Part shown: positions 12,441-29,297 of the stretch, one piece after another | How positions within the stretch are numbered: position 1 is the stretch's first letter | Layout: each line of letters opens with the position of its first letter | DNA from: Escherichia coli | GTDB lineage: Bacteria > Pseudomonadota > Gammaproteobacteria > Enterobacterales > Enterobacteriaceae | Assembly: GCF_013315695.1 (NCBI RefSeq) | Contig: NZ_CP054353.1 | Strand: one strand, 5' to 3' | DNA length: 64,000 bases | The notes under the pieces: model-generated | Database searches by the model: none | What the model saw: the letters and a program-made list of their open reading frames with translations, nothing else | Told to the model about the DNA's origin: nothing | Made by a program: the position numbers and the translations under genes

Positions 12441-12471
12441 GATCACGATAAATCTTGGAAGGGTTGCAAAA

Positions 12472-13710
12472 TTGAATAAAATAGTGAGCAAAAGTGAAAT
12501 AAGGAACGTAATCCACAATGCTGGCTATATGATGATTACTCAGATAGCTTTATATGTTGCACCATTATTTATACTGAGTTATCTGTTAAAAACACTGGGG
12601 GTTGCACAGTTTGGTAATTATGCCTTAATACTATCAATCGTTGCATATTTACAGATTATAACGGATTATGGTTTTTCTTTTAGTGCAAGTCGTGCGATCT
12701 CACAGAATAGAGAGGACAAAGAATATATATCAAAAATTTATCTGTCAACTATGACTATCAAGTTGGCGATATGCGCTTTCTTATTCTTATTGCTCATGCT
12801 ATTTTTAAATCTTTTGCCTGTGCAAGCTGAATTAAAACAAGGAATATTATATGGATATCTTCTTGTAATAGGAAATACTTTCCAACCACAATGGTTTTTC
12901 CAAGGTATCGAAAAATTAAAAATCATAGCCCTTTCTAATGTTATATCAAGATGCGCCGCGTGTTTACTTGTATTTATCTATGTGAGGAATAGCGAGGATT
13001 TACAAAAAGCACTTTTAGTACAGTCACTTCCATTAGTAATTTCTGCGATTGGATTAAATATATTTATATTGAAATATATCAATATTATTTTTCCGGAAAA
13101 AAAATTATTTAAGGTAATTTTAAAAGAAGGTAAGGATTTTTTTCTTGCATCACTTTATTCTGTTATTCTCAATAATAGTGGCATTTTTCTATTAGGGATT
13201 TTTACTAATCCTGTTATTGTTGGTGTATATGCCGCCGCTGAAAAGATAGTCAAGGCCGTATTGTCGCTATTTACACCACTGACGCAAGCTATATATCCTT
13301 ATAATTGTCGTAAGTTTTCACTATCCGTATTTGACGGCATTGAGGCAGCAAAAAAAACTGGTATACCAATTATAATTTTAGCATTTATAGCTGCTGTTAT
13401 CGTTGCAATTACCTTACCTGTTGCAATCGACTATCTTAATTTTCCAAAAGAAACAATTTTTGTAGGTCAAATATTAAGTGCATGGATCTTTTTTGGTGTT
13501 CTTAATAATGTATTCGGCATTCAGATATTGAGTGCATCAGGAAGAAGTAAAATATATAGTAGGATGGTATTCGTATCAGCGCTTATAACATTACTTTTGA
13601 TTACTCTATTATTGCAGTTTTGTAACGCCACTGGAGTGGCATGTGCAATATTATTGGGTGAAATGTTCTTATCAATATTGTTACTTAAGCGATATAAAAA
13701 AATAATTTAA
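12472..13710 (+). CDS. wzx: O-antigen flippase (Wzx); start uncertain
   Basis: Polytopic MOP-family membrane protein, AT-rich. Start placed at TTG 12472 after GGAAGGG. The ORF track's ATG 12424 overlaps the rfbC 3' end. Confidence 0.8.
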   Translation: MNKIVSKSEIRNVIHNAGYMMITQIALYVAPLFILSYLLKTLGVAQFGNYALILSIVAYLQIITDYGFSFSASRAISQNREDKEYISKIYLSTMTIKLAICAFLFLLLMLFLNLLPVQAELKQGILYGYLLVIGNTFQPQWFFQGIEKLKIIALSNVISRCAACLLVFIYVRNSEDLQKALLVQSLPLVISAIGLNIFILKYINIIFPEKKLFKVILKEGKDFFLASLYSVILNNSGIFLLGIFTNPVIVGVYAAAEKIVKAVLSLFTPLTQAIYPYNCRKFSLSVFDGIEAAKKTGIPIIILAFIAAVIVAITLPVAIDYLNFPKETIFVGQILSAWIFFGVLNNVFGIQILSASGRSKIYSRMVFVSALITLLLITLLLQFCNATGVACAILLGEMFLSILLLKRYKKII

Positions 13711-13719
13711 GGAATAGTT

Positions 13720-14847
13720 ATGAAGAAGTTATTATTAGTGTTCGGTACTAGGCCTGAAGCAATAAAGATGGCCTCTATCATTGAATTATTAAAAAAAGAT
13801 TGTAGATTCGAATATAAAATATGTGTGACAGGCCAACATAAAGAGATGCTTGATCAAGTTATGCAAGTATTTGATGTTAAACCTGATTATAATTTACGGA
13901 TTATGCAGCCTGGGCAAACATTAGTATCTGTAGCAACAAATATACTCTCACGGTTAAGTGAAGTTTTAATTATAGAAAAGCCAGATATTATACTTGTGCA
14001 TGGGGATACAACGACTACCCTTGCTGCTACTTTAGCTGGGTATTACCACCAAATAAAAGTTTGTCATGTGGAAGCAGGATTAAGAACAGGGGATATTTAC
14101 TCTCCTTGGCCTGAAGAGGGCAATCGTAAAGTTACAGGGGCATTAGCATGTATTCATTTCGCCCCAACAGAGAGATCAAAAGATAATCTCCTGAGGGAGG
14201 GTGTCAAAGTAAATAATATATTTGTAACGGGTAATACCGTCATCGACTCTTTATTTATTGCAAAAGATATCATAGATAATGACCCTAATATAAAGAACGC
14301 TTTACATAATAAATTTAATTTTCTTGATAAAAGCCGACGAGTAGTACTTATAACAGGTCATCGAAGAGAAAATTTCGGGAAAGGTTTTGAAGATATATGC
14401 TTTGCAATAAAGGAATTAGCTTTCATTTATCCTAATGTAGATTTTATTTATCCGGTGCATCTTAATCCCAATGTAATGGAACCAGTACATCGTATATTAG
14501 ATAATATATGTAATATTTACCTTATTGAGCCCTTGGATTATTTGCCTTTTGTTTATTTAATGAATGAGTCATATTTAATATTGACTGATTCAGGGGGGAT
14601 ACAAGAAGAAGCGCCTTCGTTAGGTAAACCGGTTTTGGTTATGCGTGATACTACTGAACGCCCTGAGGCGGTTGAGGCTGGTACTGTTGTATTAGTGGGG
14701 ACTTCTAAGATAAAAATAGTAAATAAAGTAACGGAGCTATTAAACAATGCTGATATCTACAATGCTATGTCTCTGTTACATAATCCATATGGCGATGGAA
14801 CAGCTGCTCAAAAAATTCTTAATGTGCTCGCCCAAGAGCTAATTTAA
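13720..14847 (+). CDS. UDP-N-acetylglucosamine 2-epimerase (non-hydrolysing, WecB/MnaA-like)
   Basis: 375 aa. FGTRPEAIKMA, HVEAGLRT and DSGGIQEEAPSLGKPVLVMRDTTERPE are typical of the family. Confidence 0.9.
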   Translation: MKKLLLVFGTRPEAIKMASIIELLKKDCRFEYKICVTGQHKEMLDQVMQVFDVKPDYNLRIMQPGQTLVSVATNILSRLSEVLIIEKPDIILVHGDTTTTLAATLAGYYHQIKVCHVEAGLRTGDIYSPWPEEGNRKVTGALACIHFAPTERSKDNLLREGVKVNNIFVTGNTVIDSLFIAKDIIDNDPNIKNALHNKFNFLDKSRRVVLITGHRRENFGKGFEDICFAIKELAFIYPNVDFIYPVHLNPNVMEPVHRILDNICNIYLIEPLDYLPFVYLMNESYLILTDSGGIQEEAPSLGKPVLVMRDTTERPEAVEAGTVVLVGTSKIKIVNKVTELLNNADIYNAMSLLHNPYGDGTAAQKILNVLAQELI

Positions 14848-14861
14848 TTTAAGCTAAAAAT

Positions 14862-15926
14862 ATGTTATTAATTATTGCTGATTATCCAAACGAAATGAAT
14901 ATGCGCGAGGGAGCTATGCAACGAATAGATGCGATAGACTCTCTCATTCGAGATCGCAAGCGAGTGTATTTGAATATTTCATTCAAAAAGCATCTAGTTC
15001 GCTCAAATAGTTCCTTTAATAATGTTATAGTTGAAAATCTAAATGCAATTATTCACAGAAACATCATAAAACAGTACATGCAAAAATCAACAACTATATA
15101 TGTTCATTCTGTTTATAATTTATTAAAGGTTATAACGCTCATTGATCTAAAAAAAACAATTCTTGATATACATGGTGTTGTACCGGAAGAACTTTTGGCA
15201 GATAATAAAAAATTACTTAGTAAAGTATATAACATGGTGGAAAAAAAAGGTGTCCTTGGATGCAAAAAATTAATACACGTCAGTACAGAAATGCAAAAAC
15301 ACTATGAAGCAAAATATGGAGTAAACTTGGCTGAAAGGTCAATAGTGCTCCCGATTTTTGAATATAAAAATATAACCCAATCGCAAAACAAATGGACAGA
15401 AAATAAAATACGAAGTATCTATCTTGGAGGATTACAAACATGGCAAAATATTGATAAAATGATTCAAATTTGTGATGACACAGTGATAAACAATGAAGCA
15501 GGTAAGTATGAATTCAACTTTTTCATCCCACAGAGTAACTTGGAAGGGTTTATAGATAAATATTCGTTAAAATTACATAATATCAATGCTAATGCATCTA
15601 CGCTATCACGTGATGAAGTAATTCCCTTTCTAAAAGAATGTCATATTGGTTTTGTATTGCGCGATGATATAATAGTAAACAGAGTTGCGTGCCCTACAAA
15701 ATTGGTTGAATATTTAGAGTGTGGTGTCGTTCCAGTTGTGCTCTCCCCACTTATAGGTGATTTTTATTCGATGGGATATCAATACATTACTACAGAGGAA
15801 ATGGCTAACAGAAGTATAAGTTTGTTGGATCTTGAAAAAATGGCTGCACATAATTTACAAATTTTGACTTCTTATCAGAAGAGAACCTACAAGGCACAGA
15901 AAGAACTTATTGCTCAACTGTGCTGA
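14862..15926 (+). CDS. Putative O-antigen glycosyltransferase (GT-B-like)
   Basis: 354-aa soluble AT-rich ORF inside the O-antigen block. C-terminal CPTKLVEYLECGVVPVV resembles a GT-B nucleotide-sugar binding helix. Specificity unknown. Confidence 0.6.
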   Translation: MLLIIADYPNEMNMREGAMQRIDAIDSLIRDRKRVYLNISFKKHLVRSNSSFNNVIVENLNAIIHRNIIKQYMQKSTTIYVHSVYNLLKVITLIDLKKTILDIHGVVPEELLADNKKLLSKVYNMVEKKGVLGCKKLIHVSTEMQKHYEAKYGVNLAERSIVLPIFEYKNITQSQNKWTENKIRSIYLGGLQTWQNIDKMIQICDDTVINNEAGKYEFNFFIPQSNLEGFIDKYSLKLHNINANASTLSRDEVIPFLKECHIGFVLRDDIIVNRVACPTKLVEYLECGVVPVVLSPLIGDFYSMGYQYITTEEMANRSISLLDLEKMAAHNLQILTSYQKRTYKAQKELIAQLC

Positions 15927-15977
15927 ATTTTTTACATATATAAAATTATGTAAGCATATCGCGGGTCAGGTAATTGT

Positions 15978-16982
15978 ATGCGTATCAAATATAAAGATAA
16001 CGGTTATATATTATGTTTTCTATTATGTTTCATTTTGAGCTACTTAGTTTTACTCAAATCTGACTACTTTCCTGCTGATTTTCTGCCATATACAGAAATA
16101 TACGATGGGACATACGGAGAAATCAATAATATTGAGCCTGCCTTTTTATATTTAACACGGTTGTTTCATTATTTAAATTTCCCCTATATATTTTTTGCAA
16201 TGTTAGTTTGTGCCTTATGTTTAAGTTGGAAAATAAAATATGCAAGAAAAATAATTAAAGATAGTTATATATATTTATTCTTGTATGTATATGTATCATT
16301 TTATGTGTTTTTGCATGAAATGACTCAATTGCGCATAGCAATTGCAGTCACTATGTGCTATGTGTCGGTTTATTATTACTTTTATAAAAATTGTATTAAA
16401 CATGCACTGCCATGGATGGTGTTGGCTATTTTGTTTCATTACAGCGCCTTGCTTTTATTTATGTCATTATTTATATACAGTTATAGGAGGTTATTAATAG
16501 TAATTATAGGGTTTGTAATATGTATGAGCTTTTTAAACGTGTATGCAGATACAATTGCACTATATTTGCCAAATGAAAAAATAGTAAATTATTTATATAG
16601 TATTTCATCATCATTAGACAATAGAAATGATTTGGCAATATTCAACCTGAATAATATAATATTTTTATCAATATTTATTTTGATCTTTTATCTTAGCCGA
16701 TATATAAAATTAAATGATAATGAGGCGAAGTTTATTAAGTATGTGCAATGTTCAGGAATATTAGCCTTTTGTATTTTCTTTCTGGCTAGTGGAGTCCCGG
16801 TCATTGCTTATCGAACTGCAGAGTTGCTGCGAATATTTTATCCGATGGCTTTAGTATTAATCCTTTCGCATATAAAAAATAATAATATGCGTTATTTTAT
16901 TGCAGTCATTATAGTTATCCTTTCAGGCTTAATGTTGTTTATAACACTAAGGGCTGTATCAATAGTTGGTCAAGGATTATAA
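15978..16982 (+). CDS. wzy: O-antigen polymerase (Wzy, EpsG-like)
   Basis: 334 aa, about 10 predicted hydrophobic segments, very AT-rich. Position is typical for wzy. Confidence 0.75.
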   Translation: MRIKYKDNGYILCFLLCFILSYLVLLKSDYFPADFLPYTEIYDGTYGEINNIEPAFLYLTRLFHYLNFPYIFFAMLVCALCLSWKIKYARKIIKDSYIYLFLYVYVSFYVFLHEMTQLRIAIAVTMCYVSVYYYFYKNCIKHALPWMVLAILFHYSALLLFMSLFIYSYRRLLIVIIGFVICMSFLNVYADTIALYLPNEKIVNYLYSISSSLDNRNDLAIFNLNNIIFLSIFILIFYLSRYIKLNDNEAKFIKYVQCSGILAFCIFFLASGVPVIAYRTAELLRIFYPMALVLILSHIKNNNMRYFIAVIIVILSGLMLFITLRAVSIVGQGL

Positions 16983-16983
16983 A

Positions 16984-17943
16984 ATGAATGTTGCTATTTT
17001 GTTGTCTACGTATAATGGCGAAAAATATTTAGAGGAACAACTGGATTCATTGCTGCTTCAAAGTTATCAGGATTTTGTAGTGTATATCCGTGATGACGGA
17101 TCATCTGATAGAACTGTAAATATAATAAACCAATACGTAATGAAAGATAACAGATTTATTAACGTGGGTAATTCAGAAAATCTTGGTTGTGCTGCTTCGT
17201 TTATTAATTTATTAAGAAATGCTTCAGCCGATATTTATATGTTTTGTGACCAAGATGATTATTGGCTTCCGAATAAATTACAGCGTGCTGTGGATTATTT
17301 TTCGGCTATTGATCCTTTACAACCTACCTTGTATCATTGCGATCTAAGCGTTGTTGATGAAAAACTTAATATTATACAAAATTCATTTTTGCAGCATCAG
17401 AAAATGTCAGCGTATGATTCAATGAGAAAAAATAATCTTTTCATACAAAATTTTGTTGTTGGTTGTTCATGTGCTGTTAATGCTTCACTTGCGGAATTTG
17501 TTCTTTCGCGAATTGGAGAGCAGCATGTAAAAATGATAGCTATGCATGACTGGTGGTTAGCCGTGACTGCAAAACTTTTTGGTCGAATCCATTTTGATAA
17601 TACTCAAACGATTCTTTATCGACAACATCAGGGCAATGTATTAGGTGCAAAATCATCAGGTATGATGCGTTTTATTCGATTAGGATTAAATGGGCAAGGG
17701 ATTTCGCGAGTAGTATCTTTTAGAAAAAAAGTTTGTGCGCAAAATAAGCTTCTTTTAGATGTCTATGATAAAGATTTAAATCTTGAGCAAAAAAAATCTA
17801 TCAGGCTTGTAATTGAGGGCCTTAAAGAGAACTCTTCAATTGCTGACCTTTTAAAATGTTTCTATCATGGTAGCTATATGCAAGGTTTTAAACGTAATCT
17901 TGCCTTAATATATTCAGTTCTTTACACAAAAAAAAGAAGATAG
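16984..17943 (+). CDS. Family 2 glycosyltransferase (probable rhamnosyltransferase)
   Basis: N-terminal GT-A signature (AILLSTYNGEKYLEEQLDSLLLQSY..YIRDDGSSD, CDQDD). Start placed at ATG 16984. Confidence 0.8.
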   Translation: MNVAILLSTYNGEKYLEEQLDSLLLQSYQDFVVYIRDDGSSDRTVNIINQYVMKDNRFINVGNSENLGCAASFINLLRNASADIYMFCDQDDYWLPNKLQRAVDYFSAIDPLQPTLYHCDLSVVDEKLNIIQNSFLQHQKMSAYDSMRKNNLFIQNFVVGCSCAVNASLAEFVLSRIGEQHVKMIAMHDWWLAVTAKLFGRIHFDNTQTILYRQHQGNVLGAKSSGMMRFIRLGLNGQGISRVVSFRKKVCAQNKLLLDVYDKDLNLEQKKSIRLVIEGLKENSSIADLLKCFYHGSYMQGFKRNLALIYSVLYTKKRR

Positions 17944-17952
17944 TGTATCCTT

Positions 17953-19017
17953 ATGAAAAAAATTGCTATTATCGGTACTGTTGGCATACCAGCATCATAT
18001 GGCGGATTTGAAACATTAGTTGAAAATTTAACAAGATACAATTCCTCGGGAGTTGAATATAATGTTTTTTGTTCATCGTTTCACTACAAATCCCACCAAA
18101 AAAAACATAATGGGGCCCGTTTAATTTATATTCCGCTTAAAGCCAATGGATGGCAGAGCATTGCGTATGACATAATTTCGTTAGCATATTCTATTTTTTT
18201 GAAGCCTGATGTGATTCTGATTTTAGGGGTTTCTGGTTGTTCATTTTTGCCTTTCTTCAAACTCTTAACACGCGCTAAGTTTATTACTAATATTGATGGC
18301 CTGGAATGGCGAAGAGATAAATGGAATTCAAAAGTGAAACGTTTCTTAAAATTTTCAGAAAAAATCGCAGTTCAATATTCGGATGTCGTTATTACGGATA
18401 ATGAGGCAATTTCTGAGTACGTTTTTAACGAGTATAATAAAGATAGCCGAGTTATTGCCTATGGAGGGGATCATGCATGGTTAAATACTGAGGATGTATT
18501 TACAACAAGAAATTATAAAAGCGATTACTACCTTTCTGTATGTCGTATCGAACCCGAAAACAATGTAGAATTAATTTTAAAAACATTTTCAAAGCTAAAA
18601 TATAAAATAAAATTTATTGGAAATTGGAATGGCAGCGAGTTTGGAAAGAAACTTAGGCTGCATTATTCTAACTATCCAAATATTGAAATGATTGATCCGA
18701 TTTATGATCTTCAACAATTATTTCACTTACGAAATAATTGCATAGGATATATACATGGTCATTCGGCTGGAGGAACAAACCCTTCTTTAGTCGAGGCAAT
18801 GCATTTTAGTAAACCTATATTTGCATATGATTGTAAGTTTAATAGGTACACTACTGAAAATGAAGCATGTTATTTTTCTAATGAATCTGACCTCGCAGAG
18901 AAAATCATAATGCATTGTGAGCTATCATTAGGTGTCTCTGGCACGAAAATGAAAGAAATTGCTAACCAGAAATACACTTGGAGACGAATAGCAGAAATGT
19001 ATGAGGATTGCTATTAA
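17953..19017 (+). CDS. Glycosyltransferase, DUF1972/GT4 type (RgpA/WchF-like, probable rhamnosyltransferase)
   Basis: 354 aa. N-terminus KIAIIGTVGIPASYGGFETLVENL is characteristic of DUF1972 GT4 enzymes. Confidence 0.75.
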   Translation: MKKIAIIGTVGIPASYGGFETLVENLTRYNSSGVEYNVFCSSFHYKSHQKKHNGARLIYIPLKANGWQSIAYDIISLAYSIFLKPDVILILGVSGCSFLPFFKLLTRAKFITNIDGLEWRRDKWNSKVKRFLKFSEKIAVQYSDVVITDNEAISEYVFNEYNKDSRVIAYGGDHAWLNTEDVFTTRNYKSDYYLSVCRIEPENNVELILKTFSKLKYKIKFIGNWNGSEFGKKLRLHYSNYPNIEMIDPIYDLQQLFHLRNNCIGYIHGHSAGGTNPSLVEAMHFSKPIFAYDCKFNRYTTENEACYFSNESDLAEKIIMHCELSLGVSGTKMKEIANQKYTWRRIAEMYEDCY

Positions 19018-19121
19018 CTCTGTTAAACTTCAAATCTTTTACAATATATGGCATGACTATAAGCGCATTAATTGTTTTTCAAGCCGCTCTCGCGGTGACC
19101 ACCCCCTGACAGGAGTAAACA

Positions 19122-20528
19122 ATGTCAAAGCAACAGATCGGCGTCGTCGGTATGGCAGTGATGGGGCGCAACCTTGCGCTCAACATCGAAAGCCGTGGTT
19201 ATACCGTCTCTATTTTCAACCGTTCCCGTGAAAAGACGGAAGAAGTGATTGCCGAAAATCCAGGCAAGAAACTGGTTCCTTACTATACGGTGAAAGAGTT
19301 TGTTGAATCTCTGGAAACGCCTCGTCGCATCCTGTTAATGGTGAAAGCAGGTGCAGGCACGGATGCTGCTATTGATTCCCTCAAACCATATCTCGATAAA
19401 GGTGACATCATCATTGATGGTGGCAATACCTTCTTCCAGGACACCATTCGTCGTAACCGTGAACTTTCTGCCGAAGGCTTTAACTTCATTGGTACCGGTG
19501 TCTCCGGTGGTGAAGAAGGCGCGCTGAAAGGTCCTTCTATTATGCCTGGTGGGCAGAAAGATGCCTATGAACTGGTTGCACCAATCCTGACCAAAATCGC
19601 CGCAGTAGCTGAAGACGGGGAGCCATGCGTTACCTATATTGGTGCCGATGGCGCAGGCCATTATGTGAAGATGGTTCACAACGGTATTGAATACGGCGAT
19701 ATGCAGCTGATTGCTGAAGCCTATTCTCTGCTTAAAGGTGGCTTGAACCTTTCCAACGAAGAACTGGCGCAGACCTTTACCGAGTGGAATAACGGTGAAC
19801 TGAGCAGCTACCTGATTGACATCACTAAAGACATCTTCACTAAAAAAGATGAAGACGGTAACTACCTGGTTGATGTGATTCTGGATGAAGCGGCTAACAA
19901 AGGTACCGGTAAATGGACCAGCCAGAGCGCGCTGGATCTCGGTGAACCGCTGTCGCTGATTACCGAGTCTGTGTTTGCACGTTATATCTCTTCTCTGAAA
20001 GATCAGCGTGTTGCCGCATCTAAAGTTCTCTCTGGCCCGCAAGCGCAGCCAGCAGGCGATAAAGATGAGTTCATCGAAAAAGTTCGCCGTGCACTGTATC
20101 TGGGCAAAATCGTTTCTTACGCTCAGGGCTTCTCTCAACTGCGTGCGGCGTCTGAAGAGTACAACTGGGATCTGGACTACGGCGAAATCGCGAAGATTTT
20201 CCGTGCTGGCTGCATCATCCGTGCGCAGTTCCTGCAGAAAATCACCGATGCTTATGCCGAAAATCCGCAGAGCGCTAACCTGCTGCTGGCTCCGTACTTC
20301 AAGCAAATCGCCGATGACTACCAGCAGGCGCTGCGCGATGTCGTCGCTTACGCGGTACAGAACGGTATCCCGGTTCCGACCTTCGCCGCTGCGGTTGCCT
20401 ATTATGACAGCTACCGCGCCGCTGTTCTGCCTGCGAACCTGATCCAGGCACAGCGTGACTATTTCGGTGCGCATACTTATAAGCGCATTGATAAAGAAGG
20501 TGTGTTCCATACCGAATGGCTGGATTAA
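19122..20528 (+). CDS. gnd: 6-phosphogluconate dehydrogenase, decarboxylating
   Basis: 468 aa, matches the Gnd sequence as I recall it ([21 protein letters not shown]). Confidence 0.97.
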   Translation: MSKQQIGVVGMAVMGRNLALNIESRGYTVSIFNRSREKTEEVIAENPGKKLVPYYTVKEFVESLETPRRILLMVKAGAGTDAAIDSLKPYLDKGDIIIDGGNTFFQDTIRRNRELSAEGFNFIGTGVSGGEEGALKGPSIMPGGQKDAYELVAPILTKIAAVAEDGEPCVTYIGADGAGHYVKMVHNGIEYGDMQLIAEAYSLLKGGLNLSNEELAQTFTEWNNGELSSYLIDITKDIFTKKDEDGNYLVDVILDEAANKGTGKWTSQSALDLGEPLSLITESVFARYISSLKDQRVAASKVLSGPQAQPAGDKDEFIEKVRRALYLGKIVSYAQGFSQLRAASEEYNWDLDYGEIAKIFRAGCIIRAQFLQKITDAYAENPQSANLLLAPYFKQIADDYQQALRDVVAYAVQNGIPVPTFAAAVAYYDSYRAAVLPANLIQAQRDYFGAHTYKRIDKEGVFHTEWLD

Positions 20529-20556
20529 TCTGATTTAATCAACAATAAAATTGAGG

Positions 20557-20585
20557 CCCGGCGTATATTATGCCGGGTTTTTTTT
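20557..20585 (+). terminator. Rho-independent terminator after gnd
   Basis: CCCGGC..GCCGGG stem followed by T8. Confidence 0.8.
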
Positions 20586-20766
20586 ACCAATTATCTTATA
20601 GACTAAATTTCACTGCTTAATATTAACTTAATAAATATCAGCTATTCTTATAAAGAAATTCTGAATTGTTTTTCGTTGCGTTGACCATCTTACAACGTAG
20701 CGTTAAAACTTTTAACTCTTATCAGGATGCTAAAAACATCATGATTCACAGTTAAGTTAATTCTGA

Positions 20767-21942
<1,176 letters not shown>

Positions 21943-22087
21943 CATCCTGTTATCAGGGCTATTTACGCCCTGATTGTCTTTTGTTACTTGCGTAACAATT
22001 CATTATTTTTATCAATTATCCTATAGCATTCATGAGGATTATCGCTAAACTATGCGGACTTGGAAATTTCCGTCAGTTAGGGTAATG

Positions 22088-23068
22088 ATGAGAGTAGAAA
22101 ATAATAATGTTTCTGGGCAAAACCATGACCCGGAACAGATTGATTTGATTGATTTACTAGTGCAGTTGTGGCGTGGCAAGATGACAATCATCATTTCCGT
22201 CATTGTGGCTATTGCCCTGGCTATTGGATATTTGGCAGTAGCGAAGGAGAAATGGACGTCAACAGCAATTATCACTCAGCCCGATGTGGGGCAAATTGCT
22301 GGCTATAACAATGCCATGAATGTTATCTATGGTCAGGCTGCACCGAAAGTATCGGATTTGCAGGAGACGTTAATTGGTCGCTTCAGTTCTGCCTTCTCTG
22401 CATTAGCAGAAACGCTGGATAATCAGGAAGAACCAGAAAAACTTACCATCGAACCTTCTGTTAAGAACCAGCAATTACCATTGACTGTTTCTTATGTTGG
22501 GCAAACTGCAGAGGGCGCACAAATGAAGTTGGCCCAATACATTCAGCAAGTTGACGATAAAGTGAATCAAGAGTTAGAAAAGGATCTCAAGGACAACATT
22601 GCTCTGGGACGGAAAAACTTGCAGGACTCTTTAAGAACGCAGGAAGTGGTTGCGCAGGAGCAGAAAGATCTGCGTATCCGTCAGATTCAGGAAGCGTTGC
22701 AGTATGCGAATCAGGCGCAGGTGACAAAACCGCAGATTCAACAGACTGGCGAAGATATCACACAAGATACGTTGTTCCTTTTGGGGAGCGAAGCGCTGGA
22801 GTCGATGATTAAGCATGAGGCGACCCGTCCGTTGGTGTTCTCACCAAACTACTATCAGACTCGTCAAAACCTGCTTGATATCGAAAGCTTAAAGGTTGAT
22901 GATCTTGATATTCATGCTTACCGCTATGTAATGAAACCGACGTTACCTATTCGTCGTGATAGCCCGAAAAAGGCAATTACCTTGATTCTGGCGGTGCTGC
23001 TGGGTGGCATGGTTGGCGCGGGGATTGTGCTGGGGCGTAATGCTCTACGCAATTACAACGCGAAGTAA
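22088..23068 (+). CDS. wzzB: O-antigen chain-length regulator
   Basis: 326 aa from MRVENNN. TM segments at both ends with a coiled-coil periplasmic domain. Lies between ugd and hisI. Confidence 0.93.
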   Translation: MRVENNNVSGQNHDPEQIDLIDLLVQLWRGKMTIIISVIVAIALAIGYLAVAKEKWTSTAIITQPDVGQIAGYNNAMNVIYGQAAPKVSDLQETLIGRFSSAFSALAETLDNQEEPEKLTIEPSVKNQQLPLTVSYVGQTAEGAQMKLAQYIQQVDDKVNQELEKDLKDNIALGRKNLQDSLRTQEVVAQEQKDLRIRQIQEALQYANQAQVTKPQIQQTGEDITQDTLFLLGSEALESMIKHEATRPLVFSPNYYQTRQNLLDIESLKVDDLDIHAYRYVMKPTLPIRRDSPKKAITLILAVLLGGMVGAGIVLGRNALRNYNAK

Positions 23069-23085
23069 TCTTTTCGGTTTTAAAG

Positions 23086-23122
23086 AAAAAGGGCAGGGTG
23101 GTGACACCTTGCCCGTTTTTTT
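23086..23122. terminator. Bidirectional terminator between convergent wzzB and hisI
   Basis: AAAAA-GGGCAGGGT..ACCTTGCCC-G-T7. A REP-like GCCGGATGCGGC..GCATCCGC follows. Confidence 0.75.
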
Positions 23123-23163
23123 GCCGGATGCGGCAACAATATCGCATCCGCTTACCCCGCAAC

Positions 23164-23768
23164 TCACTGATGCCGTTTACGCAGGTTCTCAATTACCGTC
23201 GTTAAATCCAGCCCCTGATCCTGCAACAACACCAGCAGGTGATACATCAAATCAGATGCCTCGTTGGTCAGCTCAAAGCGGTCATGTACCGTCGCGGCCA
23301 GCGCGGTTTCCACGCCTTCTTCGCCTACTTTCTGCGCAATGCGTTTGGTGCCGCTGGCATACAGTTTGGCAGTGTAGGAGGTTTCCGGGTCGGCAGATTT
23401 ACGTTCGGCGAGCAGTTGTTCCAGTTGATACAGGAACAGCCACTGGTGAGCGGTGTCGCCGAAGCAGCTGCTGGTGCCTTTGTGGCAGGTTGGCCCGATG
23501 GGATTCGCCAGCACCAGTAACGTGTCGTTGTCGCAGTCCGGGGCAATACTCACCACATTGAGAAAATTGCCCGACGTTTCGCCTTTGGTCCACAGTCGCT
23601 GTTTAGTGCGCGAGAAGAAGGTGACTTTGCCGCTTTCGAGGGTTTTGTCCAGAGCTTCCGGGTTCATATAGCCCAGCATTAGCACTTCGCCGGATACCGC
23701 ATGTTGCACAATCACCGGCATCAGTCCGTCGGTTTTTTCCCAGTCCAGTTCGCGACGTTGTTGTTCTG

Positions 23769-23775
<7 letters not shown>
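23164..23775 (-). CDS. hisI: Bifunctional phosphoribosyl-AMP cyclohydrolase / phosphoribosyl-ATP pyrophosphatase
   Basis: 203 aa, last gene of the his operon. Confidence 0.96.
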
Positions 23776-25853
<2,078 letters not shown>

Positions 25854-25854
<1 letters not shown>

Positions 25855-26920
25855 TACAGCACTCCTTTCGACGAGGGCAGGGTGTCGCCTTCCACGCGGA
25901 TGGCCTGGCGTAGGGTGCGGCCAAACGCTTTGAACAGGCTCTCTACACGGTGATGATCGTTTTTACCTTTGGTTTTCAGGTGCAGCGTCACGCCCATGGT
26001 GTAAGAGAGTGAGCGGAAGAAGTGTTCGATCATTTCAGTGCTGAGATCGCCCACACGCTGGTAGGTAAATTCAGCTTTATATTCCAGATGCGGGCGACCA
26101 GAGATATCCAGCGCGCAGCGGGCAAGGCATTCGTCCATCGGCAGCACAAAACCGAAGCGGCAAATACCGCGTTTGTCGCCAAGAGCTATTTTTAACGCTT
26201 CGCCCAGCGCCAGACCGGTATCTTCGACGGTGTGGTGATCGTCGATATAGAGGTCGCCTTTGACGTTGATTTCCATACGGAAACCGCCGTGGGTAGCGAT
26301 CTGATCCAGCATGTGATCAAAGAAGCCAACGCCGGTGTTAATCTTGCTGCCACCTTCGCGATCCAGCCACACCTGGACGTCAATTTGCGTCTCTTTGGTG
26401 TTGCGCACTACATGGGCGTAACGGTCTCGTTTCGTGAGTTGCTCGCCAATCATCGGCCAGTTCAGGATTTCGCGGTCGTAGCGTAAACCATTAATGCCCA
26501 TGTTTTCAGCGAGTTGAATATCGGTCGCGCGATCGCCAATCACATAACTATTGGCACGATCCATCGCTTGCTCAGCGAGATAACGCTCCACCAGTTTTAC
26601 TTTCGGCTTACGGCAGTCGCACTCATCGGCGGGCAGGTGCGGACAAATCAGCACTTCATCAAACTGCACGCCTTGCGAGGTGAAGATCTGCATCATCAGG
26701 TTGTGCGGGCCATCAAAATCCGCCTGCGGGAAACTTTGTGTTCCCAGACCATCCTGATTAGTGATCATCACCAGCTTGTAGCCCGCTTTTTGCAGCTTCA
26801 GCAGCTCCGGGATCACGCCTGGTTCAAAGGCGAGTTTGTCAAAACGGTCCACCTGAAAATCACTCGGCGGTTCGCTAATCAGGGTTCCATCGCGATCGAT
26901 AAAAAGATACTTCTGACTCA

Positions 26921-26921
<1 letters not shown>
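25854..26921 (-). CDS. hisB: Bifunctional histidinol-phosphatase / imidazoleglycerol-phosphate dehydratase
   Basis: 355 aa from [13 protein letters not shown]. Confidence 0.96.
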
Positions 26922-29292
<2,371 letters not shown>

Positions 29293-29297
29293 GGCGA

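Noticed and set aside
19335-20510. 391-aa minus-strand ORF
   Set aside because: Entirely antisense to the confidently identified gnd. Low-complexity shadow ORF with no recognisable family.
23004-23561. 185-aa plus-strand ORF spanning the wzzB end, the terminator and hisI antisense
   Set aside because: Crosses a terminator and a REP-like element, and is antisense to hisI.
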